A stretch of 64,000 nucleotides of DNA, from contig CAVVLO010000003.1 of assembly GCA_963749155.1 (NCBI GenBank), positions 544,001-608,000 on the forward strand, written 5' to 3'. A program made the position numbers and the translations under genes. Of this stretch, positions 9,861 through 21,537 are shown one piece after another (position 1 is the first letter of the stretch; each line of letters begins with the position of its first letter). Under the pieces are notes generated by a model, which saw only the letters and a list, made by a program, of their open reading frames with translations, made no database searches and was not told the origin of the DNA. The DNA is from an uncultured Armatimonadia bacterium (GTDB lineage: Bacteria; Armatimonadota; Zipacnadia; CAVVLO01).

Positions 9861-12800
9861 TTGAGTTTGTTGGTGGACAAGAAGATACTTGGCAAGTTGA
9901 AGGATATTGAAGGGCGATATTTCCTTTTGCTGTTTGAGAAGGTTGGCCTGGCCGAGGCTCGTATGGCCGAGACGAAAGACCACTTCCGCACAGTCCCTGG
10001 CCCTGAGGCAGGACTTGAATGGGAGCCGGCCGAGCCGGGCGCCAAATGGGGCGGCGACTGGATTACCGCCTGGTTCGTTGCAGACTATACCGCATCGGTC
10101 GCCGATGAGGGCAAGCCGCTCTTTCTGAAAGGCAATCCCGGCGCCGAGGCGCTGTTCTTCGTAGACGGCGAACCGAACGGCGTCTTCGACCCAAACCATC
10201 CCGTCGTGCGCATCACTGGCAAAGCCGTCGCCGGCAAGACCTACCAGCTCGCGCTGGAAGCCTATGCAGGCCATACCTTCCCCGGCACTCAACCAAACGA
10301 AGTGGCGCGCCCAGTGGGGCGCGATTCCAGGACCTTCGGCGGGATGGAGGTCGGCTTTATCCGCGAGGACATCGCAGGCTTCTGCTTCGACCTGAGGACG
10401 CTCATCCAGCTTGTCGAAGTGCTGGACGGCAACACTCTGCGCCGCAACAAGGTAATGAAAGGGCTCGAGCAAGTTTTCGCAATCGTCGATGCGCTGCCGG
10501 GCGAAGGCAGTGAAGACCACTGGCGGCCCAGGCTGGCCCAGGCCCGCGAGGTTATGAAGCCCCTGCTCGAGAGCGTAAACGGCCCCACCACGCCCTGGAT
10601 GCCCATCATCGGGCACTCTCACATTGACACCGCGTGGCTTTGGACGCTGGCCGAGACCTGGCGCAAGTGCGCGCGCACCTTCAGCTCGATGCTCAACCTG
10701 ATGGACCAGTATCCCGAGTTGCTGTTCATCCAGACCGCGCCCTGCCACGCCGAAAAGATGCTGGAGCTTTATCCCTCCCTCTTCGAGCGGATGAAGGCGA
10801 TGGCGGCCGAGGGGCGCTGGGAGCCCAATGGCGCGATGTGGCTGGAGCCTGATTGCAATATCCCGAGCGGCGAGGCCTTTGCGCGGCAGCTGCTCGTTGG
10901 GCAGCAGTTCACGCGGGAGCATTTCGGCTACACCTCCAACACTTTGTGGCTGCCGGACGTGTTCGGCTATTCGGCCGCGCTGCCTCAGTTGCTGAAGGGC
11001 GCCAAGGTGGACTATTTCTGCACCACCAAGATAGCCTGGAACGACACGACGCGCTTCCCGTACGACACTTTCTGGTGGAAGGGCATTGATGGCACCGAGG
11101 TAGTGGCCCACTACAATGCCATCCATTGCTGGCCCGCGCCTGCCGACCTGACCAACCAGTGGAACTGGGTGCAGCACAAGGACGCACAGGACAGGCGTAT
11201 CTCGTCCTTCGGTTATGGCGATGGCGGAGGCGGGCCAATGGCCGATATGGTCGAGATGGCGCGCCGGTGTCAGGATCTGGAGGGCTGCCCGAAGGCCGTC
11301 TGGAGTCGCGTAGATGACGCCATGAGGGCTATCGAGGCCGACCTCGGCGCGAATCTGCCCACCTGGCAGGGAGAGCTCTACCTCGAAGCGCACCGCGGCA
11401 CGCTGACTTCGGTCGCAGGCATCAAGCGCGGTAACCGGAAGACCGAGTTCGCGCTGAGGGAGACCGAGTTCCTCTCCACGCTGGCGATGCTGGCTGGCGC
11501 TTCCTATCCCCAAGCCGAGTTGCTGGCCCTCTGGAAGACGCTACTGACCAACCAGTTCCATGACATCCTGCCTGGTTCGTCCATCCAGGAAGTAAATGAC
11601 GAAGCAATAGCGACCTTCGCCAGGTGTATTGCCGATGCGCAGGCACTGAGCGCCGAGGCGCTTGCTGCGCTTGGCGCCGGCGAGGGCGAGGCCTTGCTCG
11701 TGGCCAACAGCCTCAGTTGGGAGCGCCAGGGCGAAGTCGAACTCGACCTTGTGCCAGATGGGATGGCGCCGGCTGGCTGCCAGAGCCAATGGGTGCAGGG
11801 CGCTTGCGGTTGCCCGAAGCTGGTCGCGGCTGGGCTCGCAATTCCGGCGCTTGGAACTCAGGTAGTAGAGCTCGTGCCTGCCTCTGAAGGAGGCGCTTCC
11901 GCCTTCCGCGTAACGGAAGAAGAACTCGAGACCCCCTTCGCCGTCCTCAAGTTTGATGAGCAGGGACGTATCGTCTCGCTGGTAGACAAAGCCAGTGGCC
12001 GCCAGGTCGTGAAGAGCGGTGGCGCGCTCAATACTTTCTGGATCGGCGAGGACCTGCCGCAGTCCTGGGACAACTGGGATGTGGACAACGACCAGCTCCT
12101 CAAGATGGAGCAGGACTTCCGCCTCATCAGCCGGCGGGTAGTGGCTGATGGCCCCCTGCAGCTTCGCCTTCGCAGCGAGTATGAACTGGGCGCCGGCTCG
12201 CGCATCACGCAGGATATGGTCTTCCACTCGACCACCCCGCGCGTTGATTTCGACACTGTGGTGGATTGGCATGAGATCCACAAGCTGTTCAAGACGGGCT
12301 TCGAGCTGGCCGTGATGATCGAGAGCGCAAAGCACGAGATCCAGTATGGCCATGTGGACAGGCCGACTCATCGCAACCTGCCGCAGGATATCGCCAGGTT
12401 CGAGGTCTGCGCCCACAAGTGGACGGACCTCTCGGAGGCCGATTTCGGTGTCGCGCTGCTCAATGAGTCGAAGTATGGCATCTCGGTAATCGGCACTGAC
12501 GCGCGCCTCTCGCTCATCAAGAGCGGCACTCATCCCGATCCGCGCGGCGATGAGGGCAGGCACCAGTTCACTTACAGCCTGCTGCCCCACGCGGCCTTCG
12601 GGGTTGAAAACGTGGTGCGCGAGGCCTATGAACTGAATCTGCCGCTGACTGCGGTTAGAGCCGCTCCTGACGCAAAGGCGCTGCCAGGGCTGCTGACTGT
12701 GGATGATCCCAATGTAATCGTCGAAGCCGTGAAACAGGCCGAGTCGGGCGAGGGTTTCATCGTGCGGCTTTATGAGGCTGGAAGAGGCGGCCGGAAGGCG

Positions 12801-12944
12801 AGAATCACCTTTGGCCTTCCCGTAAAGGCCGTGAGCCAGACCAACCTGCTGGAAGAGGAGCCGGAGGCGATCGAGGTCAGTAATAACGCCGTTGAGGTAG
12901 CCTTCGCGCCCTTTGAAGTGAAGACCTTGCACATCACCCTCTAG
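9861..12944 (+). CDS. Alpha-mannosidase, GH38 (class 2C type)
   Basis: GHSHIDTAWLW, WLPDVFGYS, GYGDGGGGP, GELYLEAHRGT and NQFHDILPGSSI motifs; TTG start with AGGAGG. Confidence 0.95.
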   Translation: MSLLVDKKILGKLKDIEGRYFLLLFEKVGLAEARMAETKDHFRTVPGPEAGLEWEPAEPGAKWGGDWITAWFVADYTASVADEGKPLFLKGNPGAEALFFVDGEPNGVFDPNHPVVRITGKAVAGKTYQLALEAYAGHTFPGTQPNEVARPVGRDSRTFGGMEVGFIREDIAGFCFDLRTLIQLVEVLDGNTLRRNKVMKGLEQVFAIVDALPGEGSEDHWRPRLAQAREVMKPLLESVNGPTTPWMPIIGHSHIDTAWLWTLAETWRKCARTFSSMLNLMDQYPELLFIQTAPCHAEKMLELYPSLFERMKAMAAEGRWEPNGAMWLEPDCNIPSGEAFARQLLVGQQFTREHFGYTSNTLWLPDVFGYSAALPQLLKGAKVDYFCTTKIAWNDTTRFPYDTFWWKGIDGTEVVAHYNAIHCWPAPADLTNQWNWVQHKDAQDRRISSFGYGDGGGGPMADMVEMARRCQDLEGCPKAVWSRVDDAMRAIEADLGANLPTWQGELYLEAHRGTLTSVAGIKRGNRKTEFALRETEFLSTLAMLAGASYPQAELLALWKTLLTNQFHDILPGSSIQEVNDEAIATFARCIADAQALSAEALAALGAGEGEALLVANSLSWERQGEVELDLVPDGMAPAGCQSQWVQGACGCPKLVAAGLAIPALGTQVVELVPASEGGASAFRVTEEELETPFAVLKFDEQGRIVSLVDKASGRQVVKSGGALNTFWIGEDLPQSWDNWDVDNDQLLKMEQDFRLISRRVVADGPLQLRLRSEYELGAGSRITQDMVFHSTTPRVDFDTVVDWHEIHKLFKTGFELAVMIESAKHEIQYGHVDRPTHRNLPQDIARFEVCAHKWTDLSEADFGVALLNESKYGISVIGTDARLSLIKSGTHPDPRGDEGRHQFTYSLLPHAAFGVENVVREAYELNLPLTAVRAAPDAKALPGLLTVDDPNVIVEAVKQAESGEGFIVRLYEAGRGGRKARITFGLPVKAVSQTNLLEEEPEAIEVSNNAVEVAFAPFEVKTLHITL

Positions 12945-12966
12945 GCAGGACGCATCCAAAAGGCGT

Positions 12967-13000
12967 AAAAGGGCCTCCGGAGCCATCCGGAGGCCCTTCT
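12967..13000. terminator. Bidirectional intrinsic terminator
   Basis: AAGGGCCTCCGGA-GCCA-TCCGGAGGCCCTT between convergent genes. Confidence 0.8.
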
Positions 13001-13009
13001 AGTTGAGAG

Positions 13010-15728
13010 TTATAACTGGCATAAGTCGCGTCGGCGACGGATAGCCTTTTCGACCTCGATGATGAGGAAGGTTAATAACGCAGCCACTGTCACGTGTCCC
13101 CAAACAGAAAGAGGCATACTACCTGTCTTGAAGACAGCCTGTAAGGCAGGGAGTTGGGTTACGGCAATCTGGGCGCCCACCATTAGTAGCACACCAAGCC
13201 AGGTCCATGGATTAGAGAAGAATCCCACCTTTTGCGGTAGCGCGCATAGAGAGCGGCAATTAAAGAGATACATAGTCTGGATAAAGACTATCGTGTTGAC
13301 GGTCGCAGATCGCCGAGCCTCAAGGCTTAGTCCATTAAGGCCTTCCCACCAGAACAGCAAATAGGACAACACCAGCATCATGACAGATACCAACAGAGTC
13401 CTGAACAAGAGCTGCGTATTGAGAATAGGTTCCTTGGGAGACCTGGGAGGACGCGACATCAAGCCTTGCTCCTTGGGCTCGAAGGCAAGCGTCATTCCGA
13501 GTAAAACGGCAGTACTCATGTTTATCCACAACACCTGAACCGGCAGTATGGGGAGTTGTGAAAGCCCAACCACCACTGCCACCGCCGTAATGAGGCCTTC
13601 GCCCCCATTAGTTGCAAGAGTCCAGGTAATGAACTTGCGCAGGTTCTCGTAAACACCGCGGCCTTCCTCAATCGCGGCGGCAATTGTGGCAAAGTTGTCA
13701 TCGGTGAGGATGGCGTCAGAGGCCTCTCGTGCGGCTTCCGTGCCCTGAAGACCCATTGCAATGCCGACATCGGCTTGCTTGAGTGCTGGAGCATCATTCA
13801 CCCCATCGCCGGTCATCGCAACGATGTGACCGCTGGCCTGAAGAGCGCGCACCAGACTTAGCTTCTGCTCAGGCGCAACGCGCGCAAAAACAGCCACTTT
13901 ATCAGCGAGCTCCGGCAGCTCTTCTTCTGAAGTAGCCATGACCTCGACACCTGTCATAACCTGCAGGCTTTCCCCATCACGACTCAAGCCACAAGCCTCG
14001 GCAATAGCCCTGGCAGTCAGAGGATGGTCGCCAGTTATCATCTTGACCTTGATTCCAGCGCGATGGCAGTCTTTTATAGCTTCGATCGCTTCTTCACGGG
14101 GCGGATCAATCATCCCTACCAGCCCAAGAAGCATCAAGCCAGTCTTCAAGTGAGAGTGATCAAGTTCGTCCTGATCCGAGTCGGCATAACTGCTGGCACA
14201 GACCAGAACTCGCAAGCCTTTGGAAGCCATCTCTTCGGCCTGGTTTCGCCACCAGTCAGGATCTATCTGATCCAGAGTGCCTTCACTGTCCATCTCGGAA
14301 TTACACAGCCCAAGCACTCTCTCGACCGAGCCCTTGACGAATATGCGCCGCCCGCCATCGCCAGGCAATTCGTGCAGTGTCGCCATATACTGGCGCTCTG
14401 ATTCAAAGGGGATGGTATCAATCAAGGTAGTTTCGCTGATGAAAGCGCGAGCGCGAGGCTCTACCTTGAAGCCCAGTGTTCTAAGGGCGCCTTCGGTTGG
14501 GTCACCTTCAATCTCCCAATGACCTTCCTTCTCCACAAGGCGCGCTTCATTACATAACAAGCCGCAAGATATCAACTCGCGCAGGGCTTTTGAGTCACGA
14601 ACGCTTATGTCTGAACCGTCTTTTTGCAGTGTCCCTTCGGGTGCATAACCGCTCCCTGTAACCTCATAACTGGTGCGCGAGGCGACTAGAGTTACTGCGG
14701 TCATCTCGTTGCGTGTCAGAGTGCCTGTCTTGTCAGAACAGATAACTGTAATGCTGCCCGTGGCTTCGACTGCGGGCAGCCGGCGGATTACAGCCTTACG
14801 CCTGGCCATCTTGGTGACACCAAGGGCCAAAATGATGGTGACAGCTGCCGGGCAGGCCCTCGGGGATAACTGCCACTGTCATCGCAACTACAGCCAGGAA
14901 CATCTCTGCGGGCTGATGGCCCTGGATTATGCCAAAGCCGAAGGTGAGCAAGCCAAACAGGAGGATCGCCTTGGTCAGTTTTATACTGAAGGCCGAGAGT
15001 TTGCGTGTAAGAGGTGTCTCAAGTTGAACCGCTGTTTTTATGAGGTGGGATATTCGACCAAGCTCAGTTGCGTTGCCTGTTCCAATTACCACTCCAAAGC
15101 CTTGGCCATAAGTGACCAGTGTGCCTGAATATGCCATATTATTACGATCGGCTAGTCCTGTAGCTTCTTCAAGCGGTTCTGTCCGCTTCTGCGATGGCAC
15201 CGATTCACCAGTAAGAGTAGATTCGTTGATCTGGAGCTCCTTGACTCGAATCAAGCGCAGATCGGCAGGCACCCGGTCACCGCTGGCTAACTGGATTATG
15301 TCTCCAGGAACAATCTGACTGGAATCGATTTGCATCAACTCGGCTTCCCGCAATACCCGGCTTGTGACTTTTACCAGCTTGCCAAGGGCATCAATAGCTC
15401 CCTGAGCCCGAGCTTCCTGGATGTACCCAACAATCGCATTCACGAGCACAACGCTGAGTATGACCAGCACTTCTGGCAAGTTGTGGGGCATAGTGGCTGT
15501 TAGTGCAGCCGCAGCCAGCAGGATGTAGACAAGTGGATTATGGAACTGCAGTATAAATCGAATATAGGGTGAGACAGCAGCCTTCCCCTCTACAATATTT
15601 GGGCCTGCGATTGCAAAGCGATGTGCAACTTCAACCTCATCGAGGCCATTGACAGCATCACTTTCCAAGGATTCAAGTACTTTGTCAGTTGTGAAGGCAT
15701 GCCATTCCTGTAGTTCTTTCCAGGCCAT
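13010..15728 (-). CDS. Cation-transporting P-type ATPase, type IIA-like (frameshift near 14850)
   Basis: LTGES, IPEGLP, CSDKTGTLT, MITGD and TGDGVNDAPALK motifs across ORFs 14796-15770 and 13010-14830. Confidence 0.93.
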
Positions 15729-15838
15729 TCGTGAGATTACCTCCCCCTCGTGTGGTCTGCAAACAGCCAAGTATAACCTAGAGCAACACTGGAGTTCTGC
15801 CGGGCCTAATCTACAGGCACTGCCTGGCTACTCAACCT

Positions 15839-17358
15839 CTATTCTCTCGGTCCGAGATCGCGCAGGTCTTTGGTCGGCGGCCGGTAGTAGATAGGGAGGC
15901 GGGCCACCAGGGCATCTACCCCCAGATAGAAGCCTGTCGACTCAGCGCTCTTCCCCGTGCACTCGAAACGCAGCGTATGCGGCCCGGCGGCAAGCTCGCG
16001 GTAACCGAGTTTGTGGTCCTGGACTACTGTAGAGGGATCATATACGTCCCATACGCCGACTTCTTCGCCATCAAGCAGCACCCGCCACTTGCCATAATCG
16101 TAGGAATGGACCACCGCAAGACGAGGCTCGCCCTCGAAGGCCTCCTCCAGCGTAAAGGGCAATTCCAGGAAAGCCCCTTCCGCCTGGCCCCGGAAGAAGA
16201 GCTGCGCCCCTCCGCTGCAGATGCCAAGCTGCTGAACGACCAGGTCGCCTTCGGAGTGCTGCGCCGCCTCGAAACTGCTTTCCGCCTCGAAAAGGGCGCG
16301 CTCGGTGAAGGGCAACCGCTCCGCTGCCGTCGGCAGCGCGGGCCAGGGCTTGTGAGGCTCGCTCTGGTACCAGTAGGCGACACTGCTCATCAGGTCGTCG
16401 CGCTCGATGTGGCCCGAGACCTCACCGCTTGGATGCGCATACCAGCCACGATGCTCGATTGTCACGCGCAGCGACTTGGTGAAGTTTACCGGATCGGCGA
16501 TATGCCAGCGATAGGCGCTGCCCCGGTCGCCCGCCTCATAGCCTTCCCACACGGGCGTGCCATAATACGGGCCATCCTGCACGCGGAAGCCCCAGGCATC
16601 GCAGAAGTAGTCTTCCGTGCCTGTACCCTTGAGCCGGGCGTCCTCTTCCCCATCGATGAAGAAGGCGTCATCGCCCTCCCCATACCATTCGCCGGACATC
16701 AGATAGACACTTTGCACAGTGCCTACGTAATGGCCCTTGCCCCGGATATCGGCAAGCTCGTAGTCCCGCTGCATCACGCAGGGATACTCCTGCCTGTACA
16801 TCGCGTGGAAGTAATAGCTGTCGGGCGGCAGCTCATCAAGCTTCTGCCAGTCCACATAGTAATAGAAGGCGCGACAGGGCTCGGAAGACTCGTTGGTGAC
16901 CTCGATGCGCGCCGACTTGGCGAAGGGCATCGGCCAATAGCAGTTGCGCGCCCGGCCATCGGAGCTGACCTTCACCGGAAGCGAGGTAAAGGCGACGTCC
17001 ATCCCGTTGCCGATACCGAAGAAATCGCCAATTGGACACTCTACACTCGGATGCTTTTCGCCGTCCCACCAGATACGCAGCACCATCTGGCGCGAGTAGA
17101 AACGCGCCGGGTGGTTGATGGTGGTCCATATATGCGTGATCTTGCCCGGTCCTTTCAGGTCGGCCAGGACCAGCGTTGAGCCTGGGTCCATCCACCTGCA
17201 GTCGGCGTTGCCCCCGGTCGGGTCGAAGGACGATTCGCGCATCGTATCGCCGGGCTTGGCGCGTTCAAGCCCCCCAGGGGGTCGCCCAGCGGGCCATCGG
17301 CAGAAGCAAGCAGGGCGAAAAGCAGCAGCAGGAGAATCAGAGGGAGCAAGCTGGGCAT
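15839..17358 (-). CDS. Secreted DUF2961/GH172 glycoside hydrolase with C-terminal beta-sandwich, copy 1 (frameshift near 17265)
   Basis: GPGKITHIW, NCYWPMPF, WYGEGDD and GTGTEDYF motifs; signal peptide MPSLLPLILLLLLFALLASA in the adjacent frame with AGGAGG. Confidence 0.88.
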
Positions 17359-17394
17359 AAGGCATCGCCTCCTGAACTCTGGGACTGCCTTCTT

Positions 17395-17421
17395 GTTCGC
17401 CGGCCTGGAGGGCTCTCCTGC
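17395..17421 (-). promoter_or_regulatory. SigH-like bipartite motif
   Basis: GCAGGA-N16-CGAAC, 37 nt before the ATG at 17358. Confidence 0.65.
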
Positions 17422-17459
17422 AAAACAAAAGGCCCCCGGTACTTGCCGGAGGCCCTTTG
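17422..17459 (-). terminator. Intrinsic terminator
   Basis: Minus strand AAAGGGCCTCCGG-CAAGTA-CCGGGGGCCTTTTGTTTT after the stop at 17481. Confidence 0.75.
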
Positions 17460-17480
17460 GACACTCTTTTGCCTGAATTT

Positions 17481-19005
17481 CTACTTGGCTTGCAGGTCGC
17501 GCAAGTCCACGCTCGGGTCGCGAGAATAGACCGGCTCGCGCAACAGGATGACGTCGAAGCCCAGGAAATAGCCCCGCGAGTCGAGATTCTTGCCCACGCA
17601 CTCGAAGCGCAAAGTGTGCTGCCCAGCCGTTAGCGTCTGCAAGGGCAGCCTGTGCTCGTCCTTAACCACATTTTCACTGTACAGATCCCAATTTCCAAGT
17701 GGCTTGCCATCCAGCAGGGCGCGATATTTGCCGTAGTCCCAGGATTTGACCATCTGGATGACTGGCTGGCCTTTTATCTCCTCGGGCAGGTTGAAGGTGA
17801 CCTCAACCCAGGCGTCCTGGTCGGTCGGGTTGAAGAAAAGCTGCTTGCCGCCGCTCATCTCGCCCAGGTCCTGGGTTGTGAGCACATGCTCGGAATGAGT
17901 GGCGCCCTCGACCAGGCTCTCCCCCTCCACCAGCGCGCGTTCGGTAAAGGGCAACCGGTCCTTGCCCGGCGGGCAGCGCGGGCCAGGGCTTATGAGGCTC
18001 GGTCTGATACCAGTAGGCGACGCTGCTCATCAGGTCGTCGCGCTCGATAAAGCCGCTAAAAGTGCCATCGGGGAAGCTCTGCGAGCCCCAGTCCTCGATC
18101 TCGACACGCAGAGACTTCTCGAAAGCCACCGTATCAGCGATATGCCAGCGATAGGAAGTGCCTCTGTCTCCGGTGTCAAAGCCTTCCCATACGGGCGTGC
18201 CATAATAGGGCCCGTCCTGTTCGCGGAAACCCCAGGCATCGCAGAAATAGTCCTCGGTGCCAGTGCCGCGCAGGCTTGGTTCAGCCTCCCCATCGATGAA
18301 GAAGAAGTCATCTCCCTCTCCATACCAGCCGGGGGAGGTGTGATAGACGCTTTGCACCGTGCCAACATAATGCCCCTTGCCCCGGATATCGGCCAGGAGA
18401 TAGTCGCGTCCCATAATCGTGGGGTATTCCTGGCGATACATCGCATGGAAGTAAGGCGTGCCCTTGGGCAGGCTGGGCAGTTTCTGCCAGTCTACATACC
18501 AGAAGAGTGCCTGGCAGGGTTCATCGCAGTCGTTGGATACTTCGATACGCGCAGACTTCGCAAAAGGCATCGGCCAATAGCAGTTTCTCGCGCGCCCATC
18601 CGAGCTGACCTTCACCGGCAGCGAGACGAAGGGGACGTCCATCCCGTGGCCGATGACGAAGAAATCACCAATCGGCGCCTCGACACTGGGATTCTTTTCC
18701 CCATCCCACCAGATGCGCAAGGTCATCTGCCTCGGGTGGAAACGCGCCGGATGCATAATAGTGAACCAGATATGCGTGATGCGGCCTGGGCCTTCGAGTT
18801 CGGCGATTGTAAGACTCGAATTAGGCCCGATGCCCCTGGCGTCTCCGTTGCTGTGGTACCAGCCAGGATCTGATGAAGACGAACGCAGCGTCTTGAAGTC
18901 TTTGGGCGCATCCAGTCCTTGAAGCGGGTTGCCCGTCAGCGCCTGCGGCAGCGCCAGCGCCGCGAAAGTCAGAAGCAACAAGGCAGTAATCAAGGCAGTT
19001 CTCAT
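17481..19005 (-). CDS. Secreted DUF2961/GH172 glycoside hydrolase, copy 2 (frameshift near 17960)
   Basis: Signal peptide; GPGRITHIW, NCYWPMPF, WYGEGDD, GTGTEDYF; continues in ORF 17481-17954. Confidence 0.88.
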
Positions 19006-19032
19006 TTTTGGCTCCTCCCTTGAAGAAACAAT

Positions 19033-21399
19033 CTACTTCCCAACTGTAACTGTGACCGGCGCCTCTGGAATCAGGCCGACCTCGAACCGGGCGAAGTCGC
19101 CCTCGATTTGCACAGTAATCGGTTTCCCGTCCACCAGCACTGTTACCTGCTTGCCGACAAAGGAGGCAGGCAAGCGCAAGGTGACCTGATACAGACCTTC
19201 TCCCACGAGACTCACTTTGGTAGAACTCTCATCCCAGCGCCCCGAGACTGTCACTCCGTTGCCAGTGCGAAGCCGCTTGAAGCTCACGCCGCGCTCCCGG
19301 TAAGAGGCAGGCAGGTCTACGAACAGGCGCAGACTGTCATCCCAGATAGACCCACTGACCAGTTGCCCCGCCAGGGCAGCCAGGTAGGCGCCGTGGGCGC
19401 TGGTATAAGGGCCAATCCCCTCCAGCGGGCCGCCGGGGATTATCTCGCAGAACTGTGCAGGGCCGTAGATATGCCTCATACCGCCCTGCATCTCGTCTTC
19501 GGCGACTTCCTGCTGGGCCATATCGAGGCGCATATCCGAGAGCGCCGACCAGAAATAGCACCAGGGCTGCTCGGTGCCATATTCTTCAATCCAGCTTTGC
19601 ACCGCCCGGTTGCGGCGGAAGACGTCCAAATCGACGAGAGGCGCCGCTTCGGTCGGATAGAGCAACATCGAGAGCCACATCCCAGGCCGGGGCACATGGC
19701 GCGACTGGTTGTAACCCTGGGGGCCTTGTTCAAGCTGGAGCTTCGCCACGATCTCGCGCCAGTGGGCTACTTCAGCGGCGTCCAGTCCCAGTTGCTCCGC
19801 ATAATCGGCTGTCTTGGTCAGGATGACCGCGAACCAGGCGGTGGAGTAAGTCTCGTTGCTCTCCTCCACCTGATTGGCATCGAGGCCCGCCGTGCCGCCG
19901 ATGTAATGGTCGCCCTCTTTGACGAATTTTTCGGCGGCGAGATAGGTCGCAACTTTGCGCAGCAGGGGGTAGCTGGTCGAAGCGAGGAAGGCTTCATCTT
20001 TGGTGGTCTCATAGTATCTGATAGCCGTCATCGCGTGCGAGGCGTTGACCATAAACCCGCTGTCGCCCCATTTGGGATTCATCCCCTGGGTGCCGTCGTG
20101 GCGCGTGATCCAGTGGAAGGAGCGCCCTTCAGGAGCGACGACCTTGGCAAGCCAGGTGATGACCCGGCGCACGGGGGCAAGCTGGCCTGCGGCGATGAGG
20201 CCATCGGCGGCGAAGTCGAGATCCCAGAAAGTGCCCCCGCCCCAGCATTCGGGATGGAACATCAGAAACTGCAGTGGCATACCTGTCTCGAAGCTTGTGC
20301 CACAGCGGAAGAGATAGAGGCTGCTGGTCCACATCAGCTCTCGCAGGGCATCGCCAACGTGAACCTCGCCAGCCTGACTCCAGTAGGTGGCCCAGTCGCC
20401 CTGGTGGGTCGCTAGCAAGCCATCGAAGCCTTGCTTGAAGAGTGCATCGAAGGCGGCCTGGACGGCTTCGGGAGTGACTTCGCCGAAGTTTGGGTTGCCG
20501 ATGAAGAAGACGACATCTCGGTGGACCGGCGTCGCGGTGACCTCAAGGCGCAGCTCCAGCTCGAGCCGGCTTTCACTGGCGGAGGGCCGGCAGTGTCCAG
20601 CACAGGCGAGGCCGTAAGCCAGTTGGTACTCTTCGTAAGCCTTGGTCGCGCCAGTTGTGAGCGCGCGGCCAGTCAGCAGCGCCCAGCGATCGCCAGTCTC
20701 CTGCGTCGTGACTTCATCCAGGATTGGCGCCCCGCCACTGCGCTCGCGCAGGTGGACGTTCAGCCTCGGCCAGAGGCGCGCCCGATGCGGCTTGCCGTCG
20801 GTTGAGACGAGGGAGAAACGCGCATAGACCGACTGACCTTGCTGCGGCGCAAAGACGGTAATAGTCAGCGCAACGCCCGACTTAAGTTCAAGCGTCGTGG
20901 CTACCTTGGCCCTGGCGAAATCTGTCACCCGGCGCCATTGCTTCACCTGGCCCTCAAGCTGCGTCGGATGGAAACGCTGGCCGTCCACTTCGATTTCATA
21001 GTCCGGCCAGCCCAGCGGGAAAAGGTTGAACGTCTCGGTGTTCGGCCCCAGTACCCCGCCAAGCAGTCTCTCGCCGAAGAAGTAGAGATCATCTGTATGC
21101 CAGTAATCGGGCTTGCTATATGCGGCAGTGCTGGCAAGCCTGCAGTCCAGGCTCTGAAGGCCCGAGGCGTCGACCGCCATACCCAGATAACCGGTGCCCA
21201 CATAAGCGGGCAGGATGCGGTCAGGCAGAAAATCGGAAGCTTCAACCACCTGGCTTGCCGTGTAATCGACAACTGCCGAGTCGGCGAACAATCCGCGTTC
21301 GCCCTGATGCAGTAAACTCATTGAGACTCCCTCTCTTGCTTGCGCCAGTGCGGCTGAAAGCAAGCCTAGAGTAATCAGGATTAGTGTGAGGCGAGGCAT
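19033..21399 (-). CDS. Secreted GH65-like (alpha/alpha)6-barrel glycoside hydrolase
   Basis: Signal peptide from the ATG at 21399 (AAGGAG); YVGTGYLG, HQGDWATYW, SSLYLF, GGTFWDLD and RYYETTKDEAFL..YPLLRKVATY resemble the GH65 layout. Confidence 0.6.
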   Translation of the reverse strand: MPRLTLILITLGLLSAALAQAREGVSMSLLHQGERGLFADSAVVDYTASQVVEASDFLPDRILPAYVGTGYLGMAVDASGLQSLDCRLASTAAYSKPDYWHTDDLYFFGERLLGGVLGPNTETFNLFPLGWPDYEIEVDGQRFHPTQLEGQVKQWRRVTDFARAKVATTLELKSGVALTITVFAPQQGQSVYARFSLVSTDGKPHRARLWPRLNVHLRERSGGAPILDEVTTQETGDRWALLTGRALTTGATKAYEEYQLAYGLACAGHCRPSASESRLELELRLEVTATPVHRDVVFFIGNPNFGEVTPEAVQAAFDALFKQGFDGLLATHQGDWATYWSQAGEVHVGDALRELMWTSSLYLFRCGTSFETGMPLQFLMFHPECWGGGTFWDLDFAADGLIAAGQLAPVRRVITWLAKVVAPEGRSFHWITRHDGTQGMNPKWGDSGFMVNASHAMTAIRYYETTKDEAFLASTSYPLLRKVATYLAAEKFVKEGDHYIGGTAGLDANQVEESNETYSTAWFAVILTKTADYAEQLGLDAAEVAHWREIVAKLQLEQGPQGYNQSRHVPRPGMWLSMLLYPTEAAPLVDLDVFRRNRAVQSWIEEYGTEQPWCYFWSALSDMRLDMAQQEVAEDEMQGGMRHIYGPAQFCEIIPGGPLEGIGPYTSAHGAYLAALAGQLVSGSIWDDSLRLFVDLPASYRERGVSFKRLRTGNGVTVSGRWDESSTKVSLVGEGLYQVTLRLPASFVGKQVTVLVDGKPITVQIEGDFARFEVGLIPEAPVTVTVGK

Positions 21400-21432
21400 A
21401 AAGACGCTCCTTATACAGGCTAGGGCACTAGG

Positions 21433-21459
21433 TTTCGGGCTAGGTGACGGCTTCCCTGC
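21433..21459 (-). promoter_or_regulatory. SigH-like bipartite motif
   Basis: GCAGGG-N16-CGAAA, 34 nt before the ATG at 21399. Confidence 0.6.
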
Positions 21460-21466
21460 CCGGCCC

Positions 21467-21494
21467 TTGCCCAAAGCCTTCGGGATGGTACAAT
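21467..21494 (+). promoter_or_regulatory. Candidate sigma70-type promoter
   Basis: TTGCCC-N16-TACAAT with a TGn extended -10, upstream of GH78. Confidence 0.55.
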
Positions 21495-21537
21495 ACCCGC
21501 GCAGCAAGCACTCACTTTAGGTACAGGGGGAAGCCCG

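Noticed and set aside
13010..15839. P-type ATPase as a mobile island because of lower GC
   Set aside because: No flanking direct repeats, integrase or tRNA; composition alone is not enough
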